64,000 bases of DNA from NCBI GenBank assembly GCA_029953675.1, contig JAMWBK010000011.1, positions 186,001 to 250,000 on the forward strand. Direction: 5' to 3'. Shown here in pieces: positions 24,400-36,678 of the stretch; positions within the stretch are counted from its first letter, which is position 1, and each line of letters opens with the position of its first letter. The translations under genes and the position numbers were made by a program. Under the pieces are notes generated by a model that saw only the letters and a program-made list of their open reading frames with translations, ran no database searches and had not been told where the DNA came from. This stretch comes from Rhodosorus marinus CCMP1338. Taxonomy: Eukaryota; Plantae; Rhodophyta.

Positions 24400-24671
24400 C
24401 TTCTCCTAATGCTTAACCCTCAACCAGAAAACCCACAGTCCCTCTTCCCTTCCCCCTAGCGCGTCCTCTATGCTTTTTGCTCTTGGTAGCGCCACGACCT
24501 ATAGTTGACAGTCACGTCCTCGATTAACATAATCGAAGAAGCGGCTCGTGAAACCCGTTCCTGTAGCACCGTCTTTCGAGCTGTGATACATATACATATA
24601 TATATATCTGTCTACATACCATTGTTTGAGTTCCCCCGCAGGATATTCATCCTATTGCTCGGAAACTAATC

Positions 24672-24826
24672 CCTGACCGTCTTCAATCGTTGTTTACCCG
24701 CTTAAGTTTCCTGCTGTGGCGCATGAATGCCGCTTTGATGTTGGAGGCGCGAGTACTTCGCCGCGCTTAGTCTTTTTTTCCCCTCGGGGTTTTTTTTTTT
24801 TCAGCCTCCGATTAAACCATTCATTC
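24672..24826 (+). mobile_element. 155-bp family A 3' insertion with 10-bp TSD GAAACTAATC
   Basis: TSD at 24662-24671 and 24827-24836. The empty site is at ~15406-15420 in the paralogue. Confidence 0.95.
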
Positions 24827-25109
24827 GAAACTAATCGACATACTGCACTTCCTTGGTAGGAAAAACTCTATCGCCTTCTCCCCCCCCCCCTCAGTTTATC
24901 GAACCCCCCTCAAGGGTTCGATAAACCGTCCGTGTTCAATCAACGTGAGCGTAATCAATTATCTCACCGGTCCACACATCGAATCATGATTACTTCTTGA
25001 TATGACAAGGATCTCAAACCCTCGCATATCATGAATCACGATTACTTCTCGCCATGAAAAACTGATATTATCATTCAATGAATCATGATTACTTCTCATC
25101 TCGACAGGC

Positions 25110-25690
25110 TGTCATTGCAAACACCAATCATCAGTTTATCAGAGTCTAACTACCCTGAGAAGCGAGAAACAAGACGCTGATGACGCACGTCGAACAATAA
25201 AGCCGCGTTGGAACGCCATAAGGTCAAGGACAGCTCCTTGAGGAGGCTATCAAGACGACTTGGGCTGTGACGAAAGAGCCACGAAGCCAGCGAGAGGCGA
25301 CACAATCAACTAAACCAAAGCACTCGATGATGAGTGGAACAAACCGATAGGACAAGGCCGAATCGCGGAGCGTAGAGTCCAACATAGCTGCAGCGTACTG
25401 GGACTCCTTCAGTTGCCGCATTGACCGAGCCGCAGCGCCACGGCAGCGTGCAGATGCGGGTAGGTATCTGGTCCCCGGAGGAGAAGGAATGGAAAGGTCA
25501 ACGTACTCACTCCGACGGGCGCTCAGATCAGTCACCACTAGATCCGCCACCCGCTGCCCCCCTGGTGCGTCAGCCGTATCAGTAACGGGCTGAGGGACCT
25601 CATACTCCACCTCCCGGTCCGTGCCCAGCATCTGGGAACGAAGATAGCGAAACAGCAACCGGTTGAGCCGCGTATGGCACCAATCCGTGT
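25110..25690 (-). mobile_element. Family C 3' fragment
   Basis: RVADLVVTDLSARRSEYVDLSIPSP...YRFVPLIIECFG. Confidence 0.85.
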
Positions 25691-25799
25691 TTTCCGGAGG
25701 GATTCATCATAGTAAACTACTTGATAAAGAGTCTTCCCGAGGCATTCGTGCCCTACCAAAAAAAGACTCTAGCTCATGATCGCCTGATACCTCTAGGGG

Positions 25800-26037
25800 C
25801 GGGGGGTAGTCCTTGAGTACTTTGGGTTTCTGGATTCGGTTTGTTCTCGTTGGCTTCGGAAATTGTTCCGCAAACGCCGTGACCGTCTTGTCCTCGTTGT
25901 TTACCAATTTAATCTTCTTTCTGTGGCGTATGAACGCTGCTTTGATGTTGGAGACGCGCGATCTTAGCCGCGCTTAGTCTTTGTTTTCCCCCTCGGGGGG
26001 TTTTTCTGTTTCAGCCTCCGATTAAACCAATTCATTC
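25800..26037 (+). mobile_element. Family A 3' fragment
   Basis: C-terminal codons, the CCCCTCGGGG 3' UTR and an ATTCATTC tail. Confidence 0.8.
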
Positions 26038-28095
26038 ACCTGTTAATTTGCGGGAACCGAAATCCCTTGATAGAAAACATTCCTTGATAAAATATATATA
26101 TTCTTAATATAACCTAAAAATCAAAGACAAAAGGTAGGATTTGGGATATCGTTTTCGCGGCTTGGCAAATCGCCAAGCCGATCGGACGTGAACATTTGTC
26201 TTATCAGTTCACAGTAGCTTGGGAGTTTTCTAATCAGTGAAAGAAAAAAGAAAAAAATAAACAACGAGACTCTTCACAACGAACGAACGAACGAACGTCA
26301 CAACAAGGCCAACATAGGGGGGGGGGGGTTGGGGGGAACTGGCGTTCATTTGAAAAGAAGTAAAAACACCCCTTTTGGGAAGAGATTCTTTTCACGCTTG
26401 TTTTTCGGTTTTTTCAATATATTCCTGGGATACGTAGAATGTTTTTACGTATCGTATTTATGTTTTTTCGAATTGTTTTCTATCTGTTTGAGATACTGTT
26501 AGAACACGCGCTTTTAAAAATGGGCTAGAAGTTAAACTCCATAATAATAAAATTGGAAGAAAATTAATAGAAAGCAGACGATCACTCTGGGGGTATGGCA
26601 AAACGGGAGAGAATCTTTCTTAAAGGGTTGAATTGTACACTAGATACCTTGGCGCGGAGATCTGTTTCCACCCCATCCGCCCCTTGGGAAAGCAGAATTC
26701 ACAACATGAAGACTTGTCACCCCTCCTCTGAACGACATCAGGGTCTGTTTCTCTTCTGCCATCCTTGAAAAGGCCAACCCAGGTAAATCACGCAGAACGG
26801 GCAACTTACTTCGGCGGAGATTTGGTTGTGCGAAAACTGGAGAACATTTCGTTGTAAACGGGACAGCTCGCTCTCCCTTGGGCAAGGAGGTCAGTTTTTC
26901 TCTTCCAAAAGACATCAAGATCTTTGTCTTCCCTGCTGAAGGTACATATACCGAGGTACGAGCATCCTCTTTGGAAGAAATTCATGCGGAGCCGACACTC
27001 ACCCCGCAGGGATCTGGTTGTTTCGAAAACCAGAGAACTTTTCTTGGAAGGTTGAATTGATTGTGTGGTCATCGCTCTGGGGAAAGAAGACTCACTACAT
27101 GAAAATTGGCATCTCTTCTAAACCACAACGTGGTCTGCTTCCCAGAGTACCACTAAGTTTGAAAGATGCCAGTGCTTTCCTGCGGAAAGCTGAGCTAGGA
27201 ACGTGAAAAACTTCTCCCCTACCCTGACAAACATTAAAGTCTGTTTCCTCCTACCTTTGAAAAGGCAACCCAGGTAAATCGTTTTGTAAAACACCTAACG
27301 TGAAAGGATGTACCTCCTTCTTTTGTCGTGGTACCCAGATCTCATGAACTTCCATCAGATACCTCACACGAAGCTCTCCAAACCATCTATATGTTTTGAT
27401 TAATTCCCTCCTTTGCTTTTCTCCATGGGTTCCGAGCCCGTTCACCTTCTTGAAAATGGTAGGGGTGGGAGCCGCCGAGCCTACTAAGGTGGACTCGCCT
27501 CGACACTCATTCTATTCGACACGCAGAATTGTTCACAAATAATTCAAAATTTAAGGTCAGCTATGTGAGCGTTAGGAGAAAAGCGGATTAAACGAATCTC
27601 ATAAATTTTGCCTCTCCTCTACCCAAAGGCTCTCGAAGATAAGACCGGCCGAACGAAACCCGACCAAGTCTGGTGTACCAAGAATTCATTTGCTTAGTCT
27701 TCTCCTACCTTCCCAAATTCGGCGTGGAGCCATGTAACATGGGCGACTGCACGATTCCGGTTTAGTAACCGCTACCAAGTCCTATCCACGCTCAGCCTTG
27801 TCCATCCTGATGGAATCTAGTTGTACCGAAATCTCCCATGGACCCGCTAACTCCAAAACCTTCCTCGCAAGGTGCTCGGCCATGACAAGCGCTTACCTAC
27901 AACTACATACTCCCAAGGAAGAGATCAGTAAGTTCTTTTACCTTGTGGAAGAACTGCACCCCCATGCAACCCCGAAAGGAAGAGTTGCAGCGCCTGAATG
28001 AACACCTTCAGCAGCTGCGCTGCATGCCCACCCGAGATCCCCGGTGCCCCAGGAGTATGCCCAGAACAACGTGCCCCGACGGGCAGCCAACTTAC

Positions 28096-28870
28096 TGAAT
28101 GTGATTAGGAGACTGAAAGAAGAAAACCCGAAGGGAAAAAAGGGACTATGCGCGGCGAAGATCTCGCGCCTCCAACATCAAAGCACCGTTCATACGCCAT
28201 AGTAAGAAACTTAAACGGGTAAACGACGAGGGCAGACTGTCAGGGCGTTCGCGGAGCAACTCCCGAAGCCAACCCAAACCAATGGAATCTAAAAACCCAA
28301 AGCATTCAATGACCAGAGGCACCAGGCGATGAGATAGGGCGGACGCACGAAATCCTGGGAGGGCAGAGCCCCCGCATATTTCAGCGGTTTGCGATGATTG
28401 AATGAATGAATTTTTTAATCGGAGACTGAAGGAAAAAATCGTGAGAGGAAAAAAATTACTGAGCGCGGCGAAGATTGCGCGCCTCCAACATCAAAGCAGC
28501 GTTCATACGCCACAGCAAAGCAACTTAAACGGGTAAACAACTAGGACAGACGGTCAGGACGCTCGCGGAACAATTCCCGAAGCCAACGAGAACCAACGGA
28601 ATCCATAAACCCAAAGCACTCAATGACCAGAGGTACGGGGCGATGAGCTACAGCCGAAGCACGGGTGCCCTGTTGAAGACACAGCCACCAACTCTTTGCG
28701 AAATCCCGTACTGACAGCGGCAAATCCTCGGCGCTTTCCCGCAGCCGGCAAATTACGACTAGCCTGAGGATTAGGAACAGCAAGATCAACGTACGTCGTA
28801 CGGCGGCTTGCGTCACAGCTGACCACGAGGTTAGCCACGCGGCGTTCATCATGATGAAAGCAGAAAGTAA
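28096..28870 (-). mobile_element. Two adjacent family A 3' fragments (~28096-28365 and ~28400-28870)
   Basis: ORFs 28541-28852 and 28620-28877 carry RVANLVVSC..YVDLAVPNP. (ATTC)n tail at ~28400. Confidence 0.8.
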
Positions 28871-28999
28871 TTCTCAAGTAGGTTCACCAACCAACCATTC
28901 TCAGATAGGTTTGAGCCTTGATTTAGATTTTGATTGGAGCGACAACAATGATTGCAATCATTCAATGACGGGAATTGACAACTTGCATTCTAGAACAAT

Positions 29000-29225
29000 A
29001 GACTAGGCCTTACTAGACTGGGCTTTACTAGCATAGCCTGAAACGCTACGCAAGGCGTGAAAAGGAACTAAGAACTAGGGAGGGAAGCGTGCAAACCCCT
29101 GCGCCGATGGCGCGCCTCGGCAAGCATGCTGCTAGAATATCGCCACAGGGCGGCACTCAAACGCCGTAAAAGCGCAAAGTACTCAGTAGAATGCTCAGCG
29201 AAACATTTCCGCAACCACTCTAAAG
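29000..29225 (-). mobile_element. Family B 3' fragment with repeated tail
   Basis: Reverse complement of the family B 3' end. Tail reads CTAGTAAAGCCCAGT-CTAGTAAGGCCTAGT. Confidence 0.75.
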
Positions 29226-29779
29226 ATGAAGGTTGCAAGGCGTTCCATAATTAGCGATGAGTCTTGCTCCGCCTGACTCCTATTTTCAGCATTTTTCTCC
29301 GCATGGATTTGTATTCTTAGGGTCGGAAGGCCACGCTAGTCATTGGTTGTGCGCCAAGGGAATGAAGAAAATGTATCCAGTGTAAATGTTACAAATCTCA
29401 TCCGAGAATGAAGTACTTCCTAAGCAGTTTACAATTAGCCGAGAGCGTTGCTCAGCCGGATACCATCTAAAAGAATGTCTAGGGAGTGTTTTCCCAAAGC
29501 CCGATTGTCGCGCTCCCCGCAGATCTCATGCTCTCATCCGATCTAACACTACTGCCGTACCACTTAGTCCCAACTGCTTGTGCAAGACGAGTCCGGAGTA
29601 CTTCCTCAACAGAAAAGAGAGCAATATAGTCATTAACCTTCAGCTCACTGGTCAGCAAACATGTGAAGCTCACAAACTAGCCGTGTACAACCACGTCAAC
29701 AACCAACTGGTGAAATTTCGCCAAGCGCTCCTTTGCTGAACAATCTGCAACTCAAAATCAGGTTTGGTGATGAAAAGAG

Positions 29780-30874
29780 CTACAGAGCTGCCTCATTTCT
29801 TTTCAGCCAGTCGTCCACAATTCCTACTAGCACATCTGGCTTTTCTTCGTGTGGATTGTGCCCGCAGTCCGAAATTGTACGAAGCTCAGCGTGCGGAATA
29901 CACTTCTGCAAGTGTTCTACTTCAGGACGCTGGATAACTCTATCATGCGAAGCACTAAGAATCAGTACAGGAATGTCAAGCCTCCGCGCATCATCGGACG
30001 AGTCGTAGTCTCGCATTGCTCGCACTATCTCCACCGCTCCACGCACCCAGCCTGAGTGCCGCATAGGTCTCGTGTACCCATAGAAAATATCCTCGCAATC
30101 TAGCCTAGAGCTGTCAAAGTAGTATCTCTCAAGCAAGTTCTCAAAATACGCACGACAGGTTGCCCTCCTCCCCATTGCCACGAAGAACAGAACGGAAGCG
30201 ATGATGGGAATTTTGAAAAGGAACAGGAAGAAATTTGGCAGTGTGATTCTGGAACGAGTAAGTGTCGTCGCCGGGGCAATGAGTACGAGTGCCCTGACTC
30301 TTCCAGGATTGTTTACAGCCACCTGAATAGCCAGGGACGCGCCCATTGAATGTCCTACGGCAACCACTTTGTCCATGTGAAACTCCTCCATGACCCCTTT
30401 TGCATGTCTCCCGCAGAAGTCCAGGGAGTACGGGTTTACCCTCCCACCAGCAAGAGCCCAGGAAAGCGCACGAGGTCGTGAGCTTAAACCGAACGGAGGT
30501 CTGTCAAATGCCACACACTGACCGCCGCCAATTCTGGACAGCGGTTCTAAAATCCGCTTGAATGAATAGGTAGAGCTCAATGCACCATGCAATAAGAGCA
30601 GGTCCACTTCTCCCGACTTCCTCGCTGGTTTCCCCGCGACCGCACAGTGCGTCCTGATCCTTCCGCCTCCAGCATCTCCAGTATTTACATGCACAAACTT
30701 GGACCTCTCCTCGTCTACAACCAGCTGCGCCGGTTGAGTAACGATCGACCGAGCCAGGCGAATGAGAGCACGTCCAACTGACACTTTTCTCACTCGAACC
30801 CCATTCACTCTGGTAGCACCTACGCAGGTAGGATTCAGAAATCCAATTCGTGAATCTATTTGTCTTGTCTCCAT
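29780..30874 (-). CDS. Alpha/beta hydrolase (copy 1); the 5' end may extend through upstream exons
   Basis: LLLLHG oxyanion motif, DRPPFGLS, GHSMG nucleophile elbow, HD acid and CGHNPHEE catalytic His. Confidence 0.88.
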   Translation of the reverse strand: METRQIDSRIGFLNPTCVGATRVNGVRVRKVSVGRALIRLARSIVTQPAQLVVDEERSKFVHVNTGDAGGGRIRTHCAVAGKPARKSGEVDLLLLHGALSSTYSFKRILEPLSRIGGGQCVAFDRPPFGLSSRPRALSWALAGGRVNPYSLDFCGRHAKGVMEEFHMDKVVAVGHSMGASLAIQVAVNNPGRVRALVLIAPATTLTRSRITLPNFFLFLFKIPIIASVLFFVAMGRRATCRAYFENLLERYYFDSSRLDCEDIFYGYTRPMRHSGWVRGAVEIVRAMRDYDSSDDARRLDIPVLILSASHDRVIQRPEVEHLQKCIPHAELRTISDCGHNPHEEKPDVLVGIVDDWLKRNEAAL

Positions 30875-31609
30875 TTCTTGCCAGAACCAGCGGCAGCCCT
30901 GCTTCCCACGCTTTGCTCACCCGTCTCACCTATTCAGACCTTTGACAAGTCATATGAGACAATGCTATGTATGCATTGTCTTATATGAGCGGAACCTTCA
31001 GGTTCGGGAGCCCACTTAACCGAGAATACTACGGTGCGAGCATTCCTAAGTTGCCTGGAGATCGCTCGTCCTATTGTTCTCTTTACTAAAGTGTTATCCC
31101 CTTCCCTGGCGGCGCAAGCTCAAGTGTTTCAGGTTCATGACGTACTCCTTTTTACCGATCCATGGACAGACCGCAGTCTTGGACGAGCCACAGTCCAGTA
31201 GCCTCCCTCGATACTCTCGGATTTTTCACTTGCTAGTCATCGTGTCCCGAGAAAACCCGGAAATAGCTCTACCTAACTACGGCCACCCAAGGAACCCACA
31301 AAAAAAAACCATCCTTCCGGCGCTCCGTACCTCCTCGAGTAATAGAACCAACACGAGTTCCTCCCTCTTCACATATCGCCATTTCTAGAAGAAACGCGTT
31401 TCTCAAACAATTTTCTCCTATGATCCCGCTTGTCGTCATCATCGTATCCCCAACCTCATTTCTACCCAAACCAAAACTCTCAACTCTGGTAAGAAAGCGG
31501 CTCAACAGAATGCATAGCATCTGCAATCAACGTCCTCTCAATCGCCTGATTTAGAAACTTCCTAAATTGCACAGCACTCCATCACATCATCCTTATTCAT
31601 AATATTTTC

Positions 31610-31801
31610 TCGTTGGCTTCAGCAAGTGTTCCGCGAACACCCTGACCGTCTGTCGTCGTTGTTTACCCGTTTAAGTTTCTTGCTGTGGTGTATGAACGCT
31701 GCTTTGATGTTGTCGGAGGCGCGCGAGCTTCGCCGCGCTTAGTTCTTTTCTTCCCCTCGGGGTTTTTTCTCGAGCCTCCGATTTAACAAGTTCATTCATT
31801 C
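31610..31801 (+). mobile_element. Family A 3' fragment
   Basis: 3' UTR and TTCATTCATTC tail. Confidence 0.8.
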
Positions 31802-32883
31802 AGTGCTTTCCCGTTATGCACAAAGTATCTATTTCTTTAATTGTTTCCATGGTTTTTCAATAAGATCAGATTATTCATTAAAACATTTGTTCAAATCGAT
31901 ACAATCTCAAAAAAAAGCGCATCGACCACAAAAATTATTGAATAACAATTTGATATACTTCTATACATATTATTGAATGAATGGTTTATTATTAGCGTCG
32001 TTATAAGTAGAAACAGAATTATGGAGTTTTATATGATTGGTTCGTGAATATTGAATTAAAAAATAAATGTGCGTATCGGGTGAGGTTTTCTTCTTCCATA
32101 GACGACGTGGGTTGCCTGCCTGGTCCAGCACATTTCTCAGAGTGAGTTATTCCGGGCAAAAGACGCCCTTCTCATTCTGTCCATTTAACTTCATTCTGCC
32201 CAACCTGAAACCGACTCTCATCCCGGACAATCAAGCAATACCTCAGTTGCTGACTTGCACCGTGCTGCCTATAGGTCTCGTTTCCCCATGAACACACTCG
32301 CCCGCGGAGGGTGGGGGATTGCATCGAAATGGCTCACCACCGTTCCAAAATTCCGCCCCTTCACGCTCGCGGATTTTGAAGTGCGCGCCCCTCTCTGTGC
32401 AGGTAAGCAGGTAAGTTATACCGATGACTTTGTCCCATTTGCGATCTCCGCCGAGCATAGTATTTTTTTCCCCTCGGGGGCTTCTTCTTTCGGTCTCGCC
32501 TAACGAGTTGATACCTATTTCTATGTATATAGTTGGCCTTGCTACAAGGAGAACAGATATACGTAGATTGGTATGATTGGTTAGACAAAAATGAACTGAG
32601 TAGCAAACGTAACGTATTGTGTATGGTCTTGAACGGGAGTGTTCAAAGCTCACTACTCGGCTTTCTTCAGACTCCACCCCTTGCAGCCGGTGAATGCTCG
32701 CGTCGACCGCAGTCCCGAAGACCTTTGATCTTCAAAAACAGTTATATTTGTGAACAAACATTAAAACCGCCCTATAAATGCAAGAACAAATATTGGCACA
32801 ATCGAGAGACTGAGACGGGAACACCATAAATCTTCGGTCTGCGTGAGCATGCACTCGGCTGTATCAGGCACAGGCTGACTAGC

Positions 32884-34419
32884 TCATTCTACTTTTTCGA
32901 TCCCAGGGGGATAGTAGAGGCCACTTGATACCACCGATTCTGGTGCGTAGACACGGGTGACAGCGTAGAATAATCCGTCTGGAGCTGGAAGCCAGTTCCA
33001 AGGTTCAGCGTTGTACGGTGGCTTCACGGGTTGCTTATAGCTCATTACAACCGGATAGTTTCCATCCTCATCTGGAGTCGCATTTTGGATATTGTAATGA
33101 TAGATTTCCTCCGAGTTTTCGACCAGCATGAAGTTGCTGGAGTTGTACATTGTGAGCGACCAATATCCAGTGGATTTGACGGGCATATTCCCGGGAATGG
33201 TCACTGTGTACATTCTGTTGTGCTTCGCGTTGAGTGGCTTCCCATCAGTAGATTTATCTCCCTTAAAGTAAACCGCGTCCCGGGCGCAGTTCGCAGCGAT
33301 GTATGCAATCGCCACTATGTCCCGAATCAGGTACCCCCGGTTGTTGTTCGTGAACGTAGTACAGGGGTTTATGAAGATGCTCGACGTATAGTTCTGCGGG
33401 TTAATCATGATGCTGAGGCGCTGTTCGTATTTGAAATATACACGAAGCCAGTTGTTCCACATCTCAGCTACTTGGCCCAGAATATTCCTCTGCTTCTTCG
33501 TGAGCCTTTTCGGGTTGAAGACGCCGTCTACATCGAACCCAACCTTCTGTGAGGCTTCGATTACATCCTCATTGATCACTCCGCCGATTTTGTACCCGTC
33601 AAAGCTGTAAGGCCTGTCACTGCGCCACGGTTTGTTCTCTTGCCATACATCTGAGATAGTCACCCAGGGATACAAGCCCGATCCAACGTAATCATGCGGG
33701 TTCGACCCCGCTGGTTCCACCCAGGGACTACCCCGATGATGGAAGGTTGGTATCGGCGTAGGTTCAGGCGTTTTCCCGTACGTCTGAAGAGTGAAACCTT
33801 CTGCACACTCCTGGGCGGCTTCAGTGTCGTCCGGTCCGTTCCATTTGACCCTCAGCACAATCCACATGATCGGAGTCGGAGAACGAATGACGCTGATTCC
33901 AGGAGCAACAGACGGGACCTCGTCGCCGTGGTGGAACACAACTGTCTGCTTGCCAGTTTCTCCGTTAGTGTATCCAGGAGCGGCGAAGACTCCCTGATAA
34001 TAGTGGATGCATTCAGCAATGAAGAAACGCCCCTCGGTGTCCGGGATGTTGAGCTGTACCGGTCCGTCTGCCAGATTGAGCCATGCTGTGTTGTAAACAA
34101 CATCAACGTTCGGCGAAACAATGGAGGCATCGCTGGGATCCGCTGGTCCGCTGTGGGTAAACTGGTTCATAGGGTTATAGACTCCAGTGGTTTGGTTCGA
34201 CCGTACCCACTGTGACTGGATTGCAGTCGTTCCCCACCAAAGCACCTTCATAGCATTTGCCATGAACTCCTTATCACGGATGGAGACGTCGCCTGCCTGA
34301 GCCATGCTCGCGGCTACAGCATCCTCCAGTTCCAAACCGAGAAGCGGAAGTCCACTTACAACTGCAGCACACAGTACCGTGCAGCAAATAGCTGCCTTAT
34401 TCATACTAGTACTCTTCAT
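32884..34419 (-). CDS. DUF1254/DUF1214 domain protein with signal peptide, intronless, 511 aa
   Basis: SPNVDVVYNTAWLNLADGPVQLNIPD (DUF1254-like). DGKPLNA..YWSLTMYN and NWLPAPDG..RVYAP (DUF1214-like). Confidence 0.85.
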   Translation of the reverse strand: MKSTSMNKAAICCTVLCAAVVSGLPLLGLELEDAVAASMAQAGDVSIRDKEFMANAMKVLWWGTTAIQSQWVRSNQTTGVYNPMNQFTHSGPADPSDASIVSPNVDVVYNTAWLNLADGPVQLNIPDTEGRFFIAECIHYYQGVFAAPGYTNGETGKQTVVFHHGDEVPSVAPGISVIRSPTPIMWIVLRVKWNGPDDTEAAQECAEGFTLQTYGKTPEPTPIPTFHHRGSPWVEPAGSNPHDYVGSGLYPWVTISDVWQENKPWRSDRPYSFDGYKIGGVINEDVIEASQKVGFDVDGVFNPKRLTKKQRNILGQVAEMWNNWLRVYFKYEQRLSIMINPQNYTSSIFINPCTTFTNNNRGYLIRDIVAIAYIAANCARDAVYFKGDKSTDGKPLNAKHNRMYTVTIPGNMPVKSTGYWSLTMYNSSNFMLVENSEEIYHYNIQNATPDEDGNYPVVMSYKQPVKPPYNAEPWNWLPAPDGLFYAVTRVYAPESVVSSGLYYPPGIEKVE

Positions 34420-34923
34420 CTTCCGGTTACGCTTGATTTATGCTCTCTGTACAGGGTTCTCTTCACTTGCAGGACTGGAAGACGCGCCTAACTCCGCTTG
34501 TATACTCTTCTTGTTGTTCTGGGATCAATAAAAGAATTCCTAACTCAGGTAAGTTTTGTGTAGAACCAGCGCTTTTCGATGATCTGCGCTTCTGGATGAT
34601 GCTAAGGAGCTGATACTACCATACCTCTCGCATGTGCTTGTATGACACTCATAGTCGCTAGTCTCGGGTGATCTTAACGCATCGATAGGTTCCTTATTCG
34701 CCGGCTCCACGGCGAAGTCTTTAGTAGAGCGTTCATGTTTAGGAAGGAAAATCAGCAGCAACCCCGATGCTACTACTGCCCCCCTAGTTCAAACCTTTTG
34801 GAAGGAAACTAAAGGCTTCCATGGTCACTTGTGGTTCACTATTCGTCACGTCTTGAACTCTTCCTCAATATTCTATTAGCATGTCTATGAATAGAAGAGA
34901 AAAACCAGGAAGGGTAGTTAATA

Positions 34924-36100
34924 TGAATGAATTGTTTAATCGGAGACTGAAAAAAAAAACCGTAGAGGAAAAAAAGGCTACTCGGCGCGAATGTCGCGCC
35001 CCTCCAAGTAGCAACGCAGCGTTCATGCGCCACAACAAGAAACTCAATCGGGTATACAAAAGATTTTAGACGGTCCGGGCGTCCACGTAATCTCTCCCGA
35101 AGCCAACGAGATCCAACGGAGTCTACAAACCCAAAGGATTCCATGGTAAAAAGGCACTAAGCGGTGAGCGAGAGCCAAAGCACAAACCCCTGGTGTAGAC
35201 ATAGCCGGCCCAAATTTCACTTCTTTTTGTCGGCGCATACTAGCCGCGGCGAATCCACGGCGCTCTTCCGCTGCCGGTAGACAAGAACTAGCCTGCGGAT
35301 TAGGCACAGCCAGGTCAACGCTTGTTGTACGGCGGTTATTGTTGCAGCTGGCCATCAGGTTGGCCACTAGGCGCTCATCATTTTTAAAGTCTGCGACAGG
35401 CAGGGGCTTCTCACGTTCAATTTCAAGGCCCTCATGCCGGCCGATAGCCCGAATTTCCCTGTATAATAAGTTCAAAATCCGCGTATGGCCACGAGTTCGA
35501 GCACCTTGCACCGCTGGGCAACTGGCGAGCAGGTGAGCACCAAAATCGGCGGTGTCTTCAGTCTGGGAGCATAGAGGGCACGGCGAACCCATCTCGTACG
35601 GCCATGGGGATTGACGTAACCCTAGGTATAAGCGCAGAGAAGTACGCACTTGGAAATCCGTGAGTGTGAGTGGCAGAAAGGCTGGAACCGTCATGAGCCA
35701 CTTCGAGTTGATACACCCCCCCTCCAAGACTACGTAAGGGGGCGCGATCGCGGGAAGAGGAGACCTTCAGCGCGAGAAGCCGGCCATATGCAGCAAGGTG
35801 CAAGTCCCAAGAAAGGGTGTTCCTGTAACGCATCGGCGCGTGCGGTGACACGACTCCCAGAGCCCAGTCCATCAGGAGGAGGATCTCGAGGGACCTCAGT
35901 TTCCGGCGCCACGACAGGATCAAGTGCGTCCGAGACAGGAACAGAAGCTATGCGCGTCGGGGGGCCTCGAGAACGCGTAAAAACTGCTCGCCAGCACGGT
36001 AAGCGGGGGTGGATGTCAGCAGGGAGACGGCTACAAGATGACATCGGCGATCGGAGTTCCAAAAACCCCGGACGCTGTCGGGGACAATGGAGTGTAGTTC
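34924..36100 (-). mobile_element. Divergent family A subfamily (A2), 5'-truncated
   Basis: ORF 35044-35727 has CPLCSQTEDTADFGAHLLASCP and VDLAVPNP. The 3' UTR and tail are conserved but the sequence is clearly diverged from 8400-9320. Confidence 0.88.
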
Positions 36101-36427
36101 GTCACGGAACGGACGGACCTCTAGATGTCGGAAATTTTTGAAAAATATTCGCGTTGCTATAAAATATAGCATTTCTTTTCCCCTTACTGACCCAGCATCC
36201 AGGTCACTAGAAGTTCCACAACCTGACAGTGACTCCCACGCTGATCAGCGATACTGCACGCTTATTAATTAATTCAATATTAGCTAACCAATCACGTCAA
36301 TTTTCATAGATCTGCTCCTATTTATAGCATCGCGAATATGTTTCTATAGATATATGGAAACAAACAAAATTGTTTTTTCAATGCTTTTTGTGCTCTCGAT
36401 TCGTTTTTCCTTACCAGACTCCTGATT

Positions 36428-36678
36428 CGAATCGAATGGTTTAATCGGAGGCTGAAAAAAAAAGCCCGAGGGGAAAAAAAGACTAAGCGCGGCGGAGTAC
36501 TCGCGCCTCCAACATCAAAGCGGCATTCATGCGCCACAGCAGGAAGCTTAAGCGGGTAAACAACGATTGAAGACGGTCAGGGCGTTCGCGGAACAACTCC
36601 CGAAGCCAGCGAGAACCAACAGAGTCCATGAACCCAAAGCACTCAATGATCAGGGGTACCAAGCGATGTGCTAGTGTA
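36428..36678 (-). mobile_element. Family A 3' insertion with 10-bp TSD ACTCCTGATT
   Basis: TSD at 36418-36427 and 36679-36688. The empty site is at ~49790-49810 in the inverted partner. Confidence 0.88.

Noticed and set aside
26600-28050. Possible decayed gene with internally repeated segments (homologous to 17200-17490)
   Set aside because: Too many stops to reconstruct a frame or assign a product.
33031-34215. Plus-strand 173-aa ORFs and similar overlapping ORFs on the hydrolase and Cys-rich genes
   Set aside because: Antisense shadows of well-supported genes with no recognisable motifs.
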